Virus record (IMG/VR): IMGVR_UViG_3300042326_002445
Location: 124,001 to 188,000 of that record
Length of the DNA stretch: 64,000 nucleotides
Reading direction: 5' to 3' (one strand)
In this document: in pieces, positions 52,094 through 60,743 of the stretch
Layout: the number at the start of each line of letters is the position of its first letter
Position numbering within the stretch: position 1 is the stretch's first letter
The notes under the pieces: model-generated
What the model saw: the letters and a program-made list of their open reading frames with translations, nothing else
Databases searched by the model: none
Told to the model about the DNA's origin: nothing
Position numbers and translations under genes: made by a program

Positions 52094-52484
52094 TAACTTC
52101 TGAGACAATACCGGCTAATGGAATTGGCTGACTGATTGGCTGCCATCCAGATAGCATATTACTGTCTTTGGGCTTAGCGCCTATCTCAGCGTTTGTTGCT
52201 ACAGTCACGTGAGGCTTTCTGCCGTCTTTAACATCGTATCCTTTTACTCCAACTGCTATCACCTTTTCATCTTTTGCCCATTCAGTGGCAGTCAAATTTA
52301 TAATTTGCCCAATTTCTTTTTTGTTTTTTGCTGGTCCCATATTTATGGTCATATGATGTGCATAAATCTTCCAGCCTTTTGGGATAAACGTACTCATTCT
52401 TTCAACCAAAATTTGATGACTTGCTTGGTCTAGAATGATGCCCGTATATGATATGTTTTGATTAGCTTTTTTATACCAATTCAT
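52083..52484 (-). CDS. 2H phosphoesterase (tRNA-ligase phosphodiesterase-like) with MNWYKKA N-terminus
   Basis: Two HxT motifs (HHMTI, PHVTV); SYTGIILD...GAKPKDSN. Confidence 0.75.
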   Translation of the reverse strand: MNWYKKANQNISYTGIILDQASHQILVERMSTFIPKGWKIYAHHMTINMGPAKNKKEIGQIINLTATEWAKDEKVIAVGVKGYDVKDGRKPHVTVATNAEIGAKPKDSNMLSGWQPISQPIPLAGIVSEVTMK

Positions 52485-52562
52485 AATGTATAATTTTATT
52501 TTCCTATATGGATCATTCTTTCCTTTCTTATTGTCTCGAAGGATACGATATATTTAGAGTAG

Positions 52563-52633
52563 TGCCCCGTGATGTAACGGTAGCATCGGAGCCTTTGAAG
52601 CTTTTTGTCTTGGTTCGAATCCAAGCGGGGCAG
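52563..52633 (+). tRNA. tRNA-Gln(TTG), CCA not encoded
   Basis: Acceptor TGCCCCG/CGGGGCA, anticodon arm GGAGC-CTTTGAA-GCTTT (two G-U pairs), T-arm CTTGG-TTCGAAT-CCAAG. Confidence 0.92.
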
Positions 52634-52638
52634 TTTTT

Positions 52639-53034
52639 ATGAATAAAAGCGATATTTCAAAAGTAGAATTTATTTTTCCAAAATTAATTCAAATATGGGA
52701 AAAAGCACCAGAGTCAAGGCCTGCATCTATGTCTGGCGTCAGATGTGCTCATGACCTATGGGATTGGTGTGATGAAAGACTAATGGATTTTGATGATCTT
52801 GAAACATATTTGAGTATGTTTATAATTGAAAAATTATCTAAATTTTTTGCTTTGTCTATTACCATTAAAAATGGAACTCAAGAAATAAAAAATGTAGATG
52901 AAAATATATCTGTTTCTGGTTTCAGCATTATTTCATCTCTATCTGAAATGATAAAAATTTCTGAGAATATGAATGAATTAAAGAATAGTTCTGTTGAGAC
53001 TATTCGAAAGACAGTTCTTAAGGCTGCTCGCTAA
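52639..53034 (+). CDS. hypothetical protein
   Basis: 131-aa ORF. Confidence 0.65.
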   Translation: MNKSDISKVEFIFPKLIQIWEKAPESRPASMSGVRCAHDLWDWCDERLMDFDDLETYLSMFIIEKLSKFFALSITIKNGTQEIKNVDENISVSGFSIISSLSEMIKISENMNELKNSSVETIRKTVLKAAR

Positions 53035-53304
53035 TTATCGTAGCTTTAATACATAGACGCACATTTCAGCTCTTTTGCTGAATAATTCTATACTTTTTTT
53101 AATTTCTATACAATTAAGGTTTTCTATAAAATCTTTATTTTTAAGAGTATCGTCTATTAGCAAATTAAATTCTTTTACAGTTTTATCTTCTAAGTCTTGT
53201 TTTAAAGCTTCTTTCCATAAAGAAATATCCCAACCAAATATTTTGTTTACACCTAAAGCCTTGAGGGTGTCTAGGTTGTTCGATAAATGATTAGGTTCGC
53301 ACAT
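53035..53304 (-). CDS. hypothetical protein
   Basis: 89-aa ORF filling the gap between + strand genes. Confidence 0.55.
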   Translation of the reverse strand: MCEPNHLSNNLDTLKALGVNKIFGWDISLWKEALKQDLEDKTVKEFNLLIDDTLKNKDFIENLNCIEIKKSIELFSKRAEMCVYVLKLR

Positions 53305-53929
53305 GATTATGGAAAAACACCTACAGTTTAATTCAGAAAAATTTAATAAATTCTTTTCTTCTCCTTTTGATTTTTCAAAACAAATTTCTCTTGAAAAGTA
53401 TTTGATTACCTCATTAGGTCATGATTTTGTTACAGAAGAAGAAAGATGTAAAGTGCTTTTAAAAACTTCATTTACAAAAAACGAAGCTATGGGGTATGCA
53501 AGCTATAGTGGCGGTCACCCTTCTCGAAAGTTTATAACAAAACTTATGCAGATAATGAGATCGTTAGACACGGAAATTATCTTGTTTTGGATGAACTGCT
53601 TGCAGTCTGACGAATATCACAGAGCATTTTTGCAAAAGTGTTGGCGAGCAAGTGGGTGTAAGCTAAGCGAAAATTGGCAGACAAGAGCATTTCGCATTTG
53701 GGATTTTGTAAAAGTTAATAAATTTGTCGCAACCAATGCTGTCATAATATTGCCTGATAAAAAGTCTTGTGAAGACCATAAAGACCTTGACGGAGCTATG
53801 AATAATTTTGGAATGGCTGGATCAAATTTTTTTGTAAGAAAAAATAGGTATAGTTTACCTTCTTTTTGTATGTGTTTAAACATTGATGTTTTGAATGAAT
53901 GTATCATAGACATGAAAGACGGGATATAA
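53303..53929 (+). CDS. hypothetical protein
   Basis: 208-aa ORF. Confidence 0.65.
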   Translation: MIMEKHLQFNSEKFNKFFSSPFDFSKQISLEKYLITSLGHDFVTEEERCKVLLKTSFTKNEAMGYASYSGGHPSRKFITKLMQIMRSLDTEIILFWMNCLQSDEYHRAFLQKCWRASGCKLSENWQTRAFRIWDFVKVNKFVATNAVIILPDKKSCEDHKDLDGAMNNFGMAGSNFFVRKNRYSLPSFCMCLNIDVLNECIIDMKDGI

Positions 53930-53935
53930 TACAGT

Positions 53936-54529
53936 ATGAGCAATCAGAAAAAATCAAAGTCAAAAATTTCACAAAAGTCTAATAGCGTAAAAAATTTTAA
54001 TAACTACCATTCTCATATGTGGAAAACTTATGCATCTAATGTTTCGACTGGGAGTATTAATTCTTACCCATATAAGTGGGAAGACAAGTCGTTTGAGCCA
54101 GAAATTATTGATTTAGGCTTCGAAGGATGGACTTTTTCTCTTACGCACAATGTTACTCAGACAAAGATTGAGGGAATAAAACATTTTGAAGCTAGTGGAA
54201 TATCTATTGTTATTGCAGCTTCAATTTTAGATAGTAGCAAAAATGATTGGTATAAAGTTTTTGTGTCCCTCAATACAGCAACTCCAAATGATTCAAATAT
54301 AATTAATCAAGATGAAAATAATATAGATATAAAAGTTTCAATCAAGTCTAATGATGATGACTACAAAAATTGGTTTAAAAACTGGTCAATTAACCAAGAC
54401 GGCATGTGCTTATCTTTTTCTTCAAAAGACAACATGTCTGTAATTGAAGAAATGTCTATAATAGGAAATATTATAGAAAAAATTAAGGGGAGACTAATCC
54501 TTGAAAAACTTTCGCAAAACAAATCTTAA
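53936..54529 (+). CDS. hypothetical protein, predicted leaderless
   Basis: 197 aa; TATAAT at 53925-53930 lies 5 nt before the ATG. Confidence 0.65.
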   Translation: MSNQKKSKSKISQKSNSVKNFNNYHSHMWKTYASNVSTGSINSYPYKWEDKSFEPEIIDLGFEGWTFSLTHNVTQTKIEGIKHFEASGISIVIAASILDSSKNDWYKVFVSLNTATPNDSNIINQDENNIDIKVSIKSNDDDYKNWFKNWSINQDGMCLSFSSKDNMSVIEEMSIIGNIIEKIKGRLILEKLSQNKS

Positions 54530-54650
54530 AAACAATCAAGTACAAATCGATAAATGTGCTTTTAAGATATGGCTTAGTGGTTTTGTTGTAGGCGTGATAC
54601 TAACTTTTTCTTTTGTTAGTTTGGTTATGGTGCTTAATGCTTGGCATTAA
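54501..54650 (+). CDS. small membrane protein (49 aa), not in the ORF track
   Basis: SD AAGGGGAG then TTG start; MKNFRKTNLKNNQVQIDKCAFKIWLSGFVVGVILTFSFVSLVMVLNAWH; basic N-terminus plus one TM helix; fills the gap exactly. Confidence 0.6.
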   Translation: MKNFRKTNLKNNQVQIDKCAFKIWLSGFVVGVILTFSFVSLVMVLNAWH

Positions 54651-55025
54651 TTAGAAAGCTATTTGACGCATTTGCTCAAGTAAAGCTTTGCCTGATGTAA
54701 GCAATTCTATGTTTACATTTTTTTCTTTTGCTTTTGTCGCATTTTTTGGGTCTTTTACATATTCTATTGCTTCTTGAAATACATTTTTTAAAGCTATTAG
54801 TGCGTCGTTGTTATTAGACTGTTCTGCTTCTTCTATAAAACAATGCCAAGTGTTGTTGTGAGTTAATCCTCTAGGACCTGTATTACCACCTTGTATGTTT
54901 TTTATTGGGTTTACTTTAATAAAATTTTTATTAAGTATATCTACTAGGTCTTTACATTCTTGAGCTAGAACTGTAGACTGATTTTGTGAAATTTTATTAA
55001 AATGTTTGGTAACTATTTTAAGCAT
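54651..55025 (-). CDS. hypothetical protein
   Basis: 124-aa ORF, N-terminus MLKIVTKHFNKISQ. Confidence 0.65.
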   Translation of the reverse strand: MLKIVTKHFNKISQNQSTVLAQECKDLVDILNKNFIKVNPIKNIQGGNTGPRGLTHNNTWHCFIEEAEQSNNNDALIALKNVFQEAIEYVKDPKNATKAKEKNVNIELLTSGKALLEQMRQIAF

Positions 55026-55043
55026 ATTGGTAATTACCGTTAT

Positions 55044-55661
55044 TTATCTTATATTCCTATAGTCTTTAAATGTGTTTTCTATATCAGAATGATCTGCTCT
55101 TTGCCAAGCGAGGTGAGGCCTAAAGCCATAACACGGCATCTTTTTCTGCAAAAATGCTAAATGCAAATCTGCTGGCTTAGTAAATATCACGTTTTCACTA
55201 AAACGTTCCATAATCATTTCTAAGGCTGTTCTTTTGATGGCGTAGCAATGGGTCGTGTATGTCTTTCTAAGGCGATGTACGTGCCTGTTTATCATCATTA
55301 TTGGATTATGTCTATGACTTCCACCTAGATAAAGCATTTGCCAATCTTTTGGCACCATAGGATAGTATTCCTGAAATCTTTTACCTACATTTCTATCGAA
55401 TTCTACGTCATCTTCCATAATAAGTGCTGTTTTTATTGTCTTGTCTGCCAGTATCATCTCAAACACTTTTCTATGAGACATGCAGCAGCCAGCAGCTCCT
55501 GGTTTTAGTTCACCTATATTTGTCAGAGTGTGACCGTCAACTGCGTCTACAAAATGAACGTCTAATTGCAATTCTGAGAAGATTTGTGAGCATCTTTCTC
55601 TACGATCTGTTCGCCTCTGCAGATTAATGCAGTAAATTTTATTAAAATCTCTTAGTAACAT
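55044..55661 (-). CDS. GT25-family glycosyltransferase
   Basis: KIYCINLQRRTDRR, FVDAVDG, GCCMSH, IMEDDV, WQMLYLGG, TTHCYAI. Confidence 0.85.
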   Translation of the reverse strand: MLLRDFNKIYCINLQRRTDRRERCSQIFSELQLDVHFVDAVDGHTLTNIGELKPGAAGCCMSHRKVFEMILADKTIKTALIMEDDVEFDRNVGKRFQEYYPMVPKDWQMLYLGGSHRHNPIMMINRHVHRLRKTYTTHCYAIKRTALEMIMERFSENVIFTKPADLHLAFLQKKMPCYGFRPHLAWQRADHSDIENTFKDYRNIR

Positions 55662-55695
55662 ATATGATGTTTTGTCGAAAAAATATAACAATACT

Positions 55696-56439
55696 ATGGC
55701 TAAATATTTAATTAATTATGCAGCAACTGGAACAAATTGGGCACAAAACAATCCTAATGGTGGCTATTTTAATGCGCAAAAATTAAATAGCAAAACTGGA
55801 TTAGAAGTCGCTGGATTTGATCATGTTATAAATTACGGGATCCATTCTTTATCAGAAGATTTTAAAAAAACGCATTCTAAGCATTTTCAATATACTAGAG
55901 GCGCTGGATATTGGGTATGGAAGCCTCAAGTAATAATAGACGCTCTAAGTAAAATAAAAAATGATGACATACTCATGTATTCTGATTCTGGATGTCATTT
56001 TATACACTCAATGAACCCAATTTTTGAGAAAATGGAAAATACATCTAAAAAATGCTTATGTTTTAATTTAGCTCAAAAAGAACATGAGTGGACAAAAAGA
56101 GATTGTTTCATTGCCATGGAGTGCGATCAGCCTGATATTGTTTACGGCAAACAAATTATGAGTACATTTTTCTTATGCAAAAAAAATGACTTTTCTACTT
56201 TCATTGCAAATGAATGGCAAAGATGGATAAGTGATTTCCATATGGTTGCAGACGAATTCGTATCTCCTAGTGTATCTCCTAATTATCCAGAATTTAAAGA
56301 ACACAGGCATGATCAGTCAATTTTTAGTCTATTATGCAAAAAACACAGAATTGATTTTATGGAAGACATTACAGAATGGGGCGATCCATCAGAAAGAAAA
56401 ACTCCACAAATTGTTTCTCATACTAGGAAAAGAGATTGA
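55696..56439 (+). CDS. glycosyltransferase-like protein
   Basis: RGAGYWVWKP...LMYSDSG...EHRHDQSIFS, a GT-A-like pattern. Confidence 0.6.
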   Translation: MAKYLINYAATGTNWAQNNPNGGYFNAQKLNSKTGLEVAGFDHVINYGIHSLSEDFKKTHSKHFQYTRGAGYWVWKPQVIIDALSKIKNDDILMYSDSGCHFIHSMNPIFEKMENTSKKCLCFNLAQKEHEWTKRDCFIAMECDQPDIVYGKQIMSTFFLCKKNDFSTFIANEWQRWISDFHMVADEFVSPSVSPNYPEFKEHRHDQSIFSLLCKKHRIDFMEDITEWGDPSERKTPQIVSHTRKRD

Positions 56440-57207
56440 ATGAAAATAGATAAAGTAATACACGCATGTGATGATAAAGATTTTTATCTTGACTTTTGGC
56501 CTATAGTATCAAAAATATGGCGTCTCAAATTTAATGTAGAACCAATATTGTTGCATTTTGGCAACAAAAATCCAACACAAGAGTTTGGCACAGTCATTAA
56601 GATGCCAATAATAAAAGATGTGCCTGTAAATACATTGTGCCAAATATCTAGGTATTGGATACCATCTACAGATCTGAGTGCGACTTGGATGACCTCTGAT
56701 ATAGACATGATTCCAATATCAAGGCATTATTTTACTGGTTGGTTAAATGATGTACCAAATGACAAATGGGTGCATCTGAATTCTGACAAGGGAGAGTCTC
56801 ATCCGTATATAGTTTATCTATGTTGCTATAATGTAGCAAAAGGGCAAACATTTAAAGACATATTAGAACTGCCTGATAGTTTTGAGGATTTTGTAAATTT
56901 AGGATTTTGGAAAGAAAATACTCATAATTATACTCCTCATGGACTATCCGGTTCTCTTCCCCATTGGGGCGCTGATGAAATGTGGTCAAGTAGAAAGCTA
57001 AATCAATACTCAGACCAATCAAGAATAGTAAGAAAATTTAGAGATTGTGGACCTCATGAATGTCACAGAATAGATCGCATTAACTGGGGATGGAATGATT
57101 CTGGTGTTACTTCAGAAGACTACTATGACTGTCATGCTGCGCGCCCTTATGAAAAGCACAAGGGCTCTATAGATAGACTTGTGGAGCTAATACTTAAAAA
57201 TGTTTGA
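56440..57207 (+). CDS. glycosyltransferase-like protein
   Basis: YLDFWPIVSKIW...MTSDIDMIP (DxD)...RIDR...DCH. Confidence 0.55.
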   Translation: MKIDKVIHACDDKDFYLDFWPIVSKIWRLKFNVEPILLHFGNKNPTQEFGTVIKMPIIKDVPVNTLCQISRYWIPSTDLSATWMTSDIDMIPISRHYFTGWLNDVPNDKWVHLNSDKGESHPYIVYLCCYNVAKGQTFKDILELPDSFEDFVNLGFWKENTHNYTPHGLSGSLPHWGADEMWSSRKLNQYSDQSRIVRKFRDCGPHECHRIDRINWGWNDSGVTSEDYYDCHAARPYEKHKGSIDRLVELILKNV

Positions 57208-57949
57208 CTTCGATTTAAAGTATGAAGACTTTGTATGGGGAGATAAGTTTTCCCAACTATCTAATATAAAATTTTTAAAGATAGATGACGCTTTTAGTTT
57301 TATACAAAGCAATACATCTGATGTCAATATAGTAAGTCACAACGGAGACTACCCGATAGATGGTAAGTTTGAAAATTATCAAAACAATTTTCCAAGATGG
57401 TATGGACAAAATATTGTTACTGGTTGCAATAAGTTTAAGCCTATTCCCATAGGATTGGAAAATGATTATGTTGCTAACTCTGTTGAAAAAAAGCATATGC
57501 TTTTAAATTTATCTAATTCTTCCAAGTCTGTGCGGCCTAATAAAATGCTATATATCAATCATAATATTGGCACTAACTCTCATGAAAGGCAAGCTCCATA
57601 CAATATTTTCAGCAACAGCAGCTGGTGTACTGTTGAGCACTCTGGCGGCTTTTCTTATCAGAGTATTTATTATTCAAAAATACTAGACCATACTTTTATG
57701 CTTAGTCCGCCCGGCAATGGTATAGATTGTCACAGAACTTGGGAGATATTATATTTAAGAAGAATTCCTGTTCTTAAAAAAGTTGGTAGATTGCAAGAGC
57801 TGTATTCAGAACTTCCAGTCGTTTTTATTGATGCTTATGATCAGTTAAATGAATCTTTTTTAAGACAAGAGTTAAACTCATTAAGTAATAAGACTTTTAA
57901 TTTTGAAAAATTAAAGTTCTCTTATTGGAAAAGTTTGGTGCAATCGTGA
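57200..57949 (+). CDS. exostosin/GT47-like glycosyltransferase
   Basis: FMLSPPGNGIDCHRTWEILYLRRIPV. Confidence 0.7.
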   Translation: MFDFDLKYEDFVWGDKFSQLSNIKFLKIDDAFSFIQSNTSDVNIVSHNGDYPIDGKFENYQNNFPRWYGQNIVTGCNKFKPIPIGLENDYVANSVEKKHMLLNLSNSSKSVRPNKMLYINHNIGTNSHERQAPYNIFSNSSWCTVEHSGGFSYQSIYYSKILDHTFMLSPPGNGIDCHRTWEILYLRRIPVLKKVGRLQELYSELPVVFIDAYDQLNESFLRQELNSLSNKTFNFEKLKFSYWKSLVQS

Positions 57950-58572
57950 TCAACATTAACAATTTTAGTGAATTAAAAATTAATTTTTTGATGAATAATG
58001 GTGATCCTGGATTCCATGGGGATGTAAGAATGATCGAAACTATGGATGACATAATTAAAAAATGCGATCATTTTATAGAGACTGGTACTAGATACGGTAA
58101 CACTCTTTTCTTTGTATCTAGAAATTACAACATTAAATGTTGGTCATGCGAAATAGGAGACATGACGCCGCAAAGCGTTTATAATCACGATAATGTTTAT
58201 TTTCAACAAATTAAGTCTCCTGATTTTTTATATTTTTTAGAAAAAAAGCACTCACATATATGCGAAAAAACTTGTGTTTTTTATCTTGATGCTCATAGTG
58301 ATACAGAATCAGTCTGGGAAGAAGAGCTTGCATTTATATTAAAGAATTTTAGTAAATTTTATATTGTTATAGATGATTTCAATATTATGAATGATAGTTT
58401 TTCTCATAATGGTTATAGTTTAAGCGTAGCAAAATCAATAATAAAAAATAGAGCTAAAATATATGTACCAGATTACAGAGAACAAACATCTGAGTTTCAT
58501 TCTCTTACGGGATGGATTTTGATAACCAACATAGATGAATCGTTCAGAAACGTAAAGGAGCTATATGAGTAG
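57925..58572 (+). CDS. putative SAM-dependent methyltransferase
   Basis: FIETGTRYGNT...FYLDAH...IVIDD. Confidence 0.65.
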   Translation: MEKFGAIVININNFSELKINFLMNNGDPGFHGDVRMIETMDDIIKKCDHFIETGTRYGNTLFFVSRNYNIKCWSCEIGDMTPQSVYNHDNVYFQQIKSPDFLYFLEKKHSHICEKTCVFYLDAHSDTESVWEEELAFILKNFSKFYIVIDDFNIMNDSFSHNGYSLSVAKSIIKNRAKIYVPDYREQTSEFHSLTGWILITNIDESFRNVKELYE

Positions 58573-59146
58573 ACAATTAGGAAAAAAAGAAACTTTTGAT
58601 TTTTGGTTTAATAACAGAGAGTTTGACGAACATGATCAGTTTGGCAGCAAATACTATGTTAATGAGTTTTACAGCAGAATAGTTTCAAAGCTAGACATAC
58701 CTAAGAGTGGATTCATCGTAGTAGCTGGAACAAATAGAGCTGTTTCTTTTGAAATTTTGTGTGATATATTTGGAAAAGATAGGTGCATAGGGTTTGATTT
58801 GTATAATCCTAATGGTCACGAAAGAGTTGTAATAAAAGATTGCATGCTTTTGTCTAAAGAAGACGACATTCCCATAGCATTTGCGCACAACGATGTTGGA
58901 AGTCTTTCTCATACTCCAGATGTAAAAATACACGCCCACAAATGGTTAACTAAAAATATTGTACCTGGTGGTTACGTTATGGGGAACAATAACTTGAATA
59001 GAGCAAAATTTAAATTTGAAGAATTTATGAAAGAAAACGGTTTTGAAAATACTAATTTTTGTGAATTAGACAGCAGCAAATTTGACCTTTCTTCTTTTCC
59101 AATAGAGAGAATAGAGGGGTATATGCTTTCGAGAAAGAATTTTTAA
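58565..59146 (+). CDS. putative methyltransferase-fold protein
   Basis: IVVAGTN...CIGFDL...FAHNDVG...IVPGGYV. Confidence 0.5.
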   Translation: MSRQLGKKETFDFWFNNREFDEHDQFGSKYYVNEFYSRIVSKLDIPKSGFIVVAGTNRAVSFEILCDIFGKDRCIGFDLYNPNGHERVVIKDCMLLSKEDDIPIAFAHNDVGSLSHTPDVKIHAHKWLTKNIVPGGYVMGNNNLNRAKFKFEEFMKENGFENTNFCELDSSKFDLSSFPIERIEGYMLSRKNF

Positions 59147-59147
59147 C

Positions 59148-59777
59148 ATGAATGCCATAAACTTTGATAAGTCTATTATGCAGCTTGTTTCTTATCCAAG
59201 AACCGGTAGTCACTATGTTCGCATAGTAATAGAAGACATTACAAAAAGGCCTTGTGCTCCTACTTCTTTTTTGGGTTTTGATAAATTTGAACCATGGGGG
59301 TTTCACCTGCATGACAGAATTGTGGGAAATGGAGATGAGGGCATAACTTCTGGATTTGATAAAGTAATATACTTATATAGGAATCCAGTAGATACCATTT
59401 ATTCACACATAAAATATCAGAATGAGAGCGATTGGAGATCAATAGCAGAAGAGTATAAAAATCATCTCATGAGATGGCTTTACAATAATCACGATTGTAA
59501 AAAAATGATTTTTGTTAATTATGACATATTGCTAGATAAGCCGATAAAAGAATTTAAAAGAATTTTAGAATTTATGGATTTCTCAGTCAATGATGATGAT
59601 TTGCAAAAATCTATAAGCAGAACAACAATATCTAGAGTTAGGGCATTAACGGAAAAGTTAGATAATAAAGTAGTAAGTCAAGATCATTTTAATGGTCAGT
59701 ACTTAATCGATAAGTCAATTTTTATTTCAGAAAATTCAGAAGAAATAAATAAAATGTTTCAAGGCATTTATAAATAA
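59148..59777 (+). CDS. sulfotransferase-domain protein
   Basis: 5'-PSB-like LVSYPRTGSH, 3'-PB-like YRNPVDTIYS, VNYDILL. Confidence 0.75.
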   Translation: MNAINFDKSIMQLVSYPRTGSHYVRIVIEDITKRPCAPTSFLGFDKFEPWGFHLHDRIVGNGDEGITSGFDKVIYLYRNPVDTIYSHIKYQNESDWRSIAEEYKNHLMRWLYNNHDCKKMIFVNYDILLDKPIKEFKRILEFMDFSVNDDDLQKSISRTTISRVRALTEKLDNKVVSQDHFNGQYLIDKSIFISENSEEINKMFQGIYK

Positions 59778-60743
59778 ATGAAAATATATAAAAAAATAAA
59801 CTTTATTGACTACAATATATCTCATGCGGAAACATGGAAACACGCTAGTATAATGTGCGGTTGCAGAGTTCCTAAAGATTTGATGCACAATTATTATACA
59901 CCTCCAAATAATATATGGTTAAAAAAATGTAATAATTTTTTTGAAGATGAAGTAAATTCTGGAATATCTGTATTCACAGACCATGCAATTGTGGAAGTGA
60001 ATAAATACAGATCGCAACATAAAGTTGCTTTAATTTTAGAACCCCCAATTGAGGCAAGGGGTATTTATGAAAAAGCCGTCAGTCTTCAGAATAAATTTGA
60101 GATTATATTTACTTTTCGAAAAAAATTAATAGAAAAAAATCCTGAAAAATTCAAATTCATGCCAGCTGATTTTGTTACATTAGAAGATGATGCGCATAAA
60201 ATTCATACAAAAAATAAACTGATCTCTATGATATATTCTGGTATGAGAGGTCACAATAGAGATCTTAGGCATCAGGTTGGTAATATTTTGAGCGACAAAA
60301 TTACATTATTTGGTGGAGGTAGTCCAAGCGGAGATGTGCCTTTAAAATCTGATACTTTAAAAGACTATATGTTTTCTGTAGTAATAGAAAATTCAAAACC
60401 TTTTGACTACTATTTTACTGAAAAAATATTAGATTGTTTCATAACAGGTAATATCCCTATATATAATGGCTCTCCATCAATAGGAGATTTTTTTGACAAA
60501 AGGGGATTTCTCACATGGTCGTCTATAGACGAACTTGCAAATATTATTGATTCTATTTCAGAAGATAAATATTATGAAATGCTGCCTTATGTAAAAATAA
60601 ATTATGAATTAGCAAAAAAGTACGTTAGTGCTGATGACGTAATGAGTGATTTAATTTATGAAGCACTTCACAATAAAACGATAAATACTATGGAAAGATT
60701 TATATACAAAAATTGGAGTAATAATGAAAATAATCAATTATGA
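59778..60743 (+). CDS. GT10 (alpha-1,3/4-fucosyltransferase)-like protein
   Basis: DYMFSVVIENS...YFTEKILDCFITGNIPIY.G. Confidence 0.75.
   Translation: MKIYKKINFIDYNISHAETWKHASIMCGCRVPKDLMHNYYTPPNNIWLKKCNNFFEDEVNSGISVFTDHAIVEVNKYRSQHKVALILEPPIEARGIYEKAVSLQNKFEIIFTFRKKLIEKNPEKFKFMPADFVTLEDDAHKIHTKNKLISMIYSGMRGHNRDLRHQVGNILSDKITLFGGGSPSGDVPLKSDTLKDYMFSVVIENSKPFDYYFTEKILDCFITGNIPIYNGSPSIGDFFDKRGFLTWSSIDELANIIDSISEDKYYEMLPYVKINYELAKKYVSADDVMSDLIYEALHNKTINTMERFIYKNWSNNENNQL

Noticed and set aside
28900-55043. Rho-independent terminators, riboswitches, large ncRNAs, introns, IS/RT elements
   Set aside because: Intergenic gaps are at most about 120 bp, with no convincing GC hairpin plus U-tract; no transposase, integrase or reverse transcriptase motifs were seen.
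183-59442. Remaining short ORFs in the track that overlap longer motif-bearing genes on the opposite strand or frame
   Set aside because: They lie fully inside better-supported CDSs, with no RBS or recognisable motifs.
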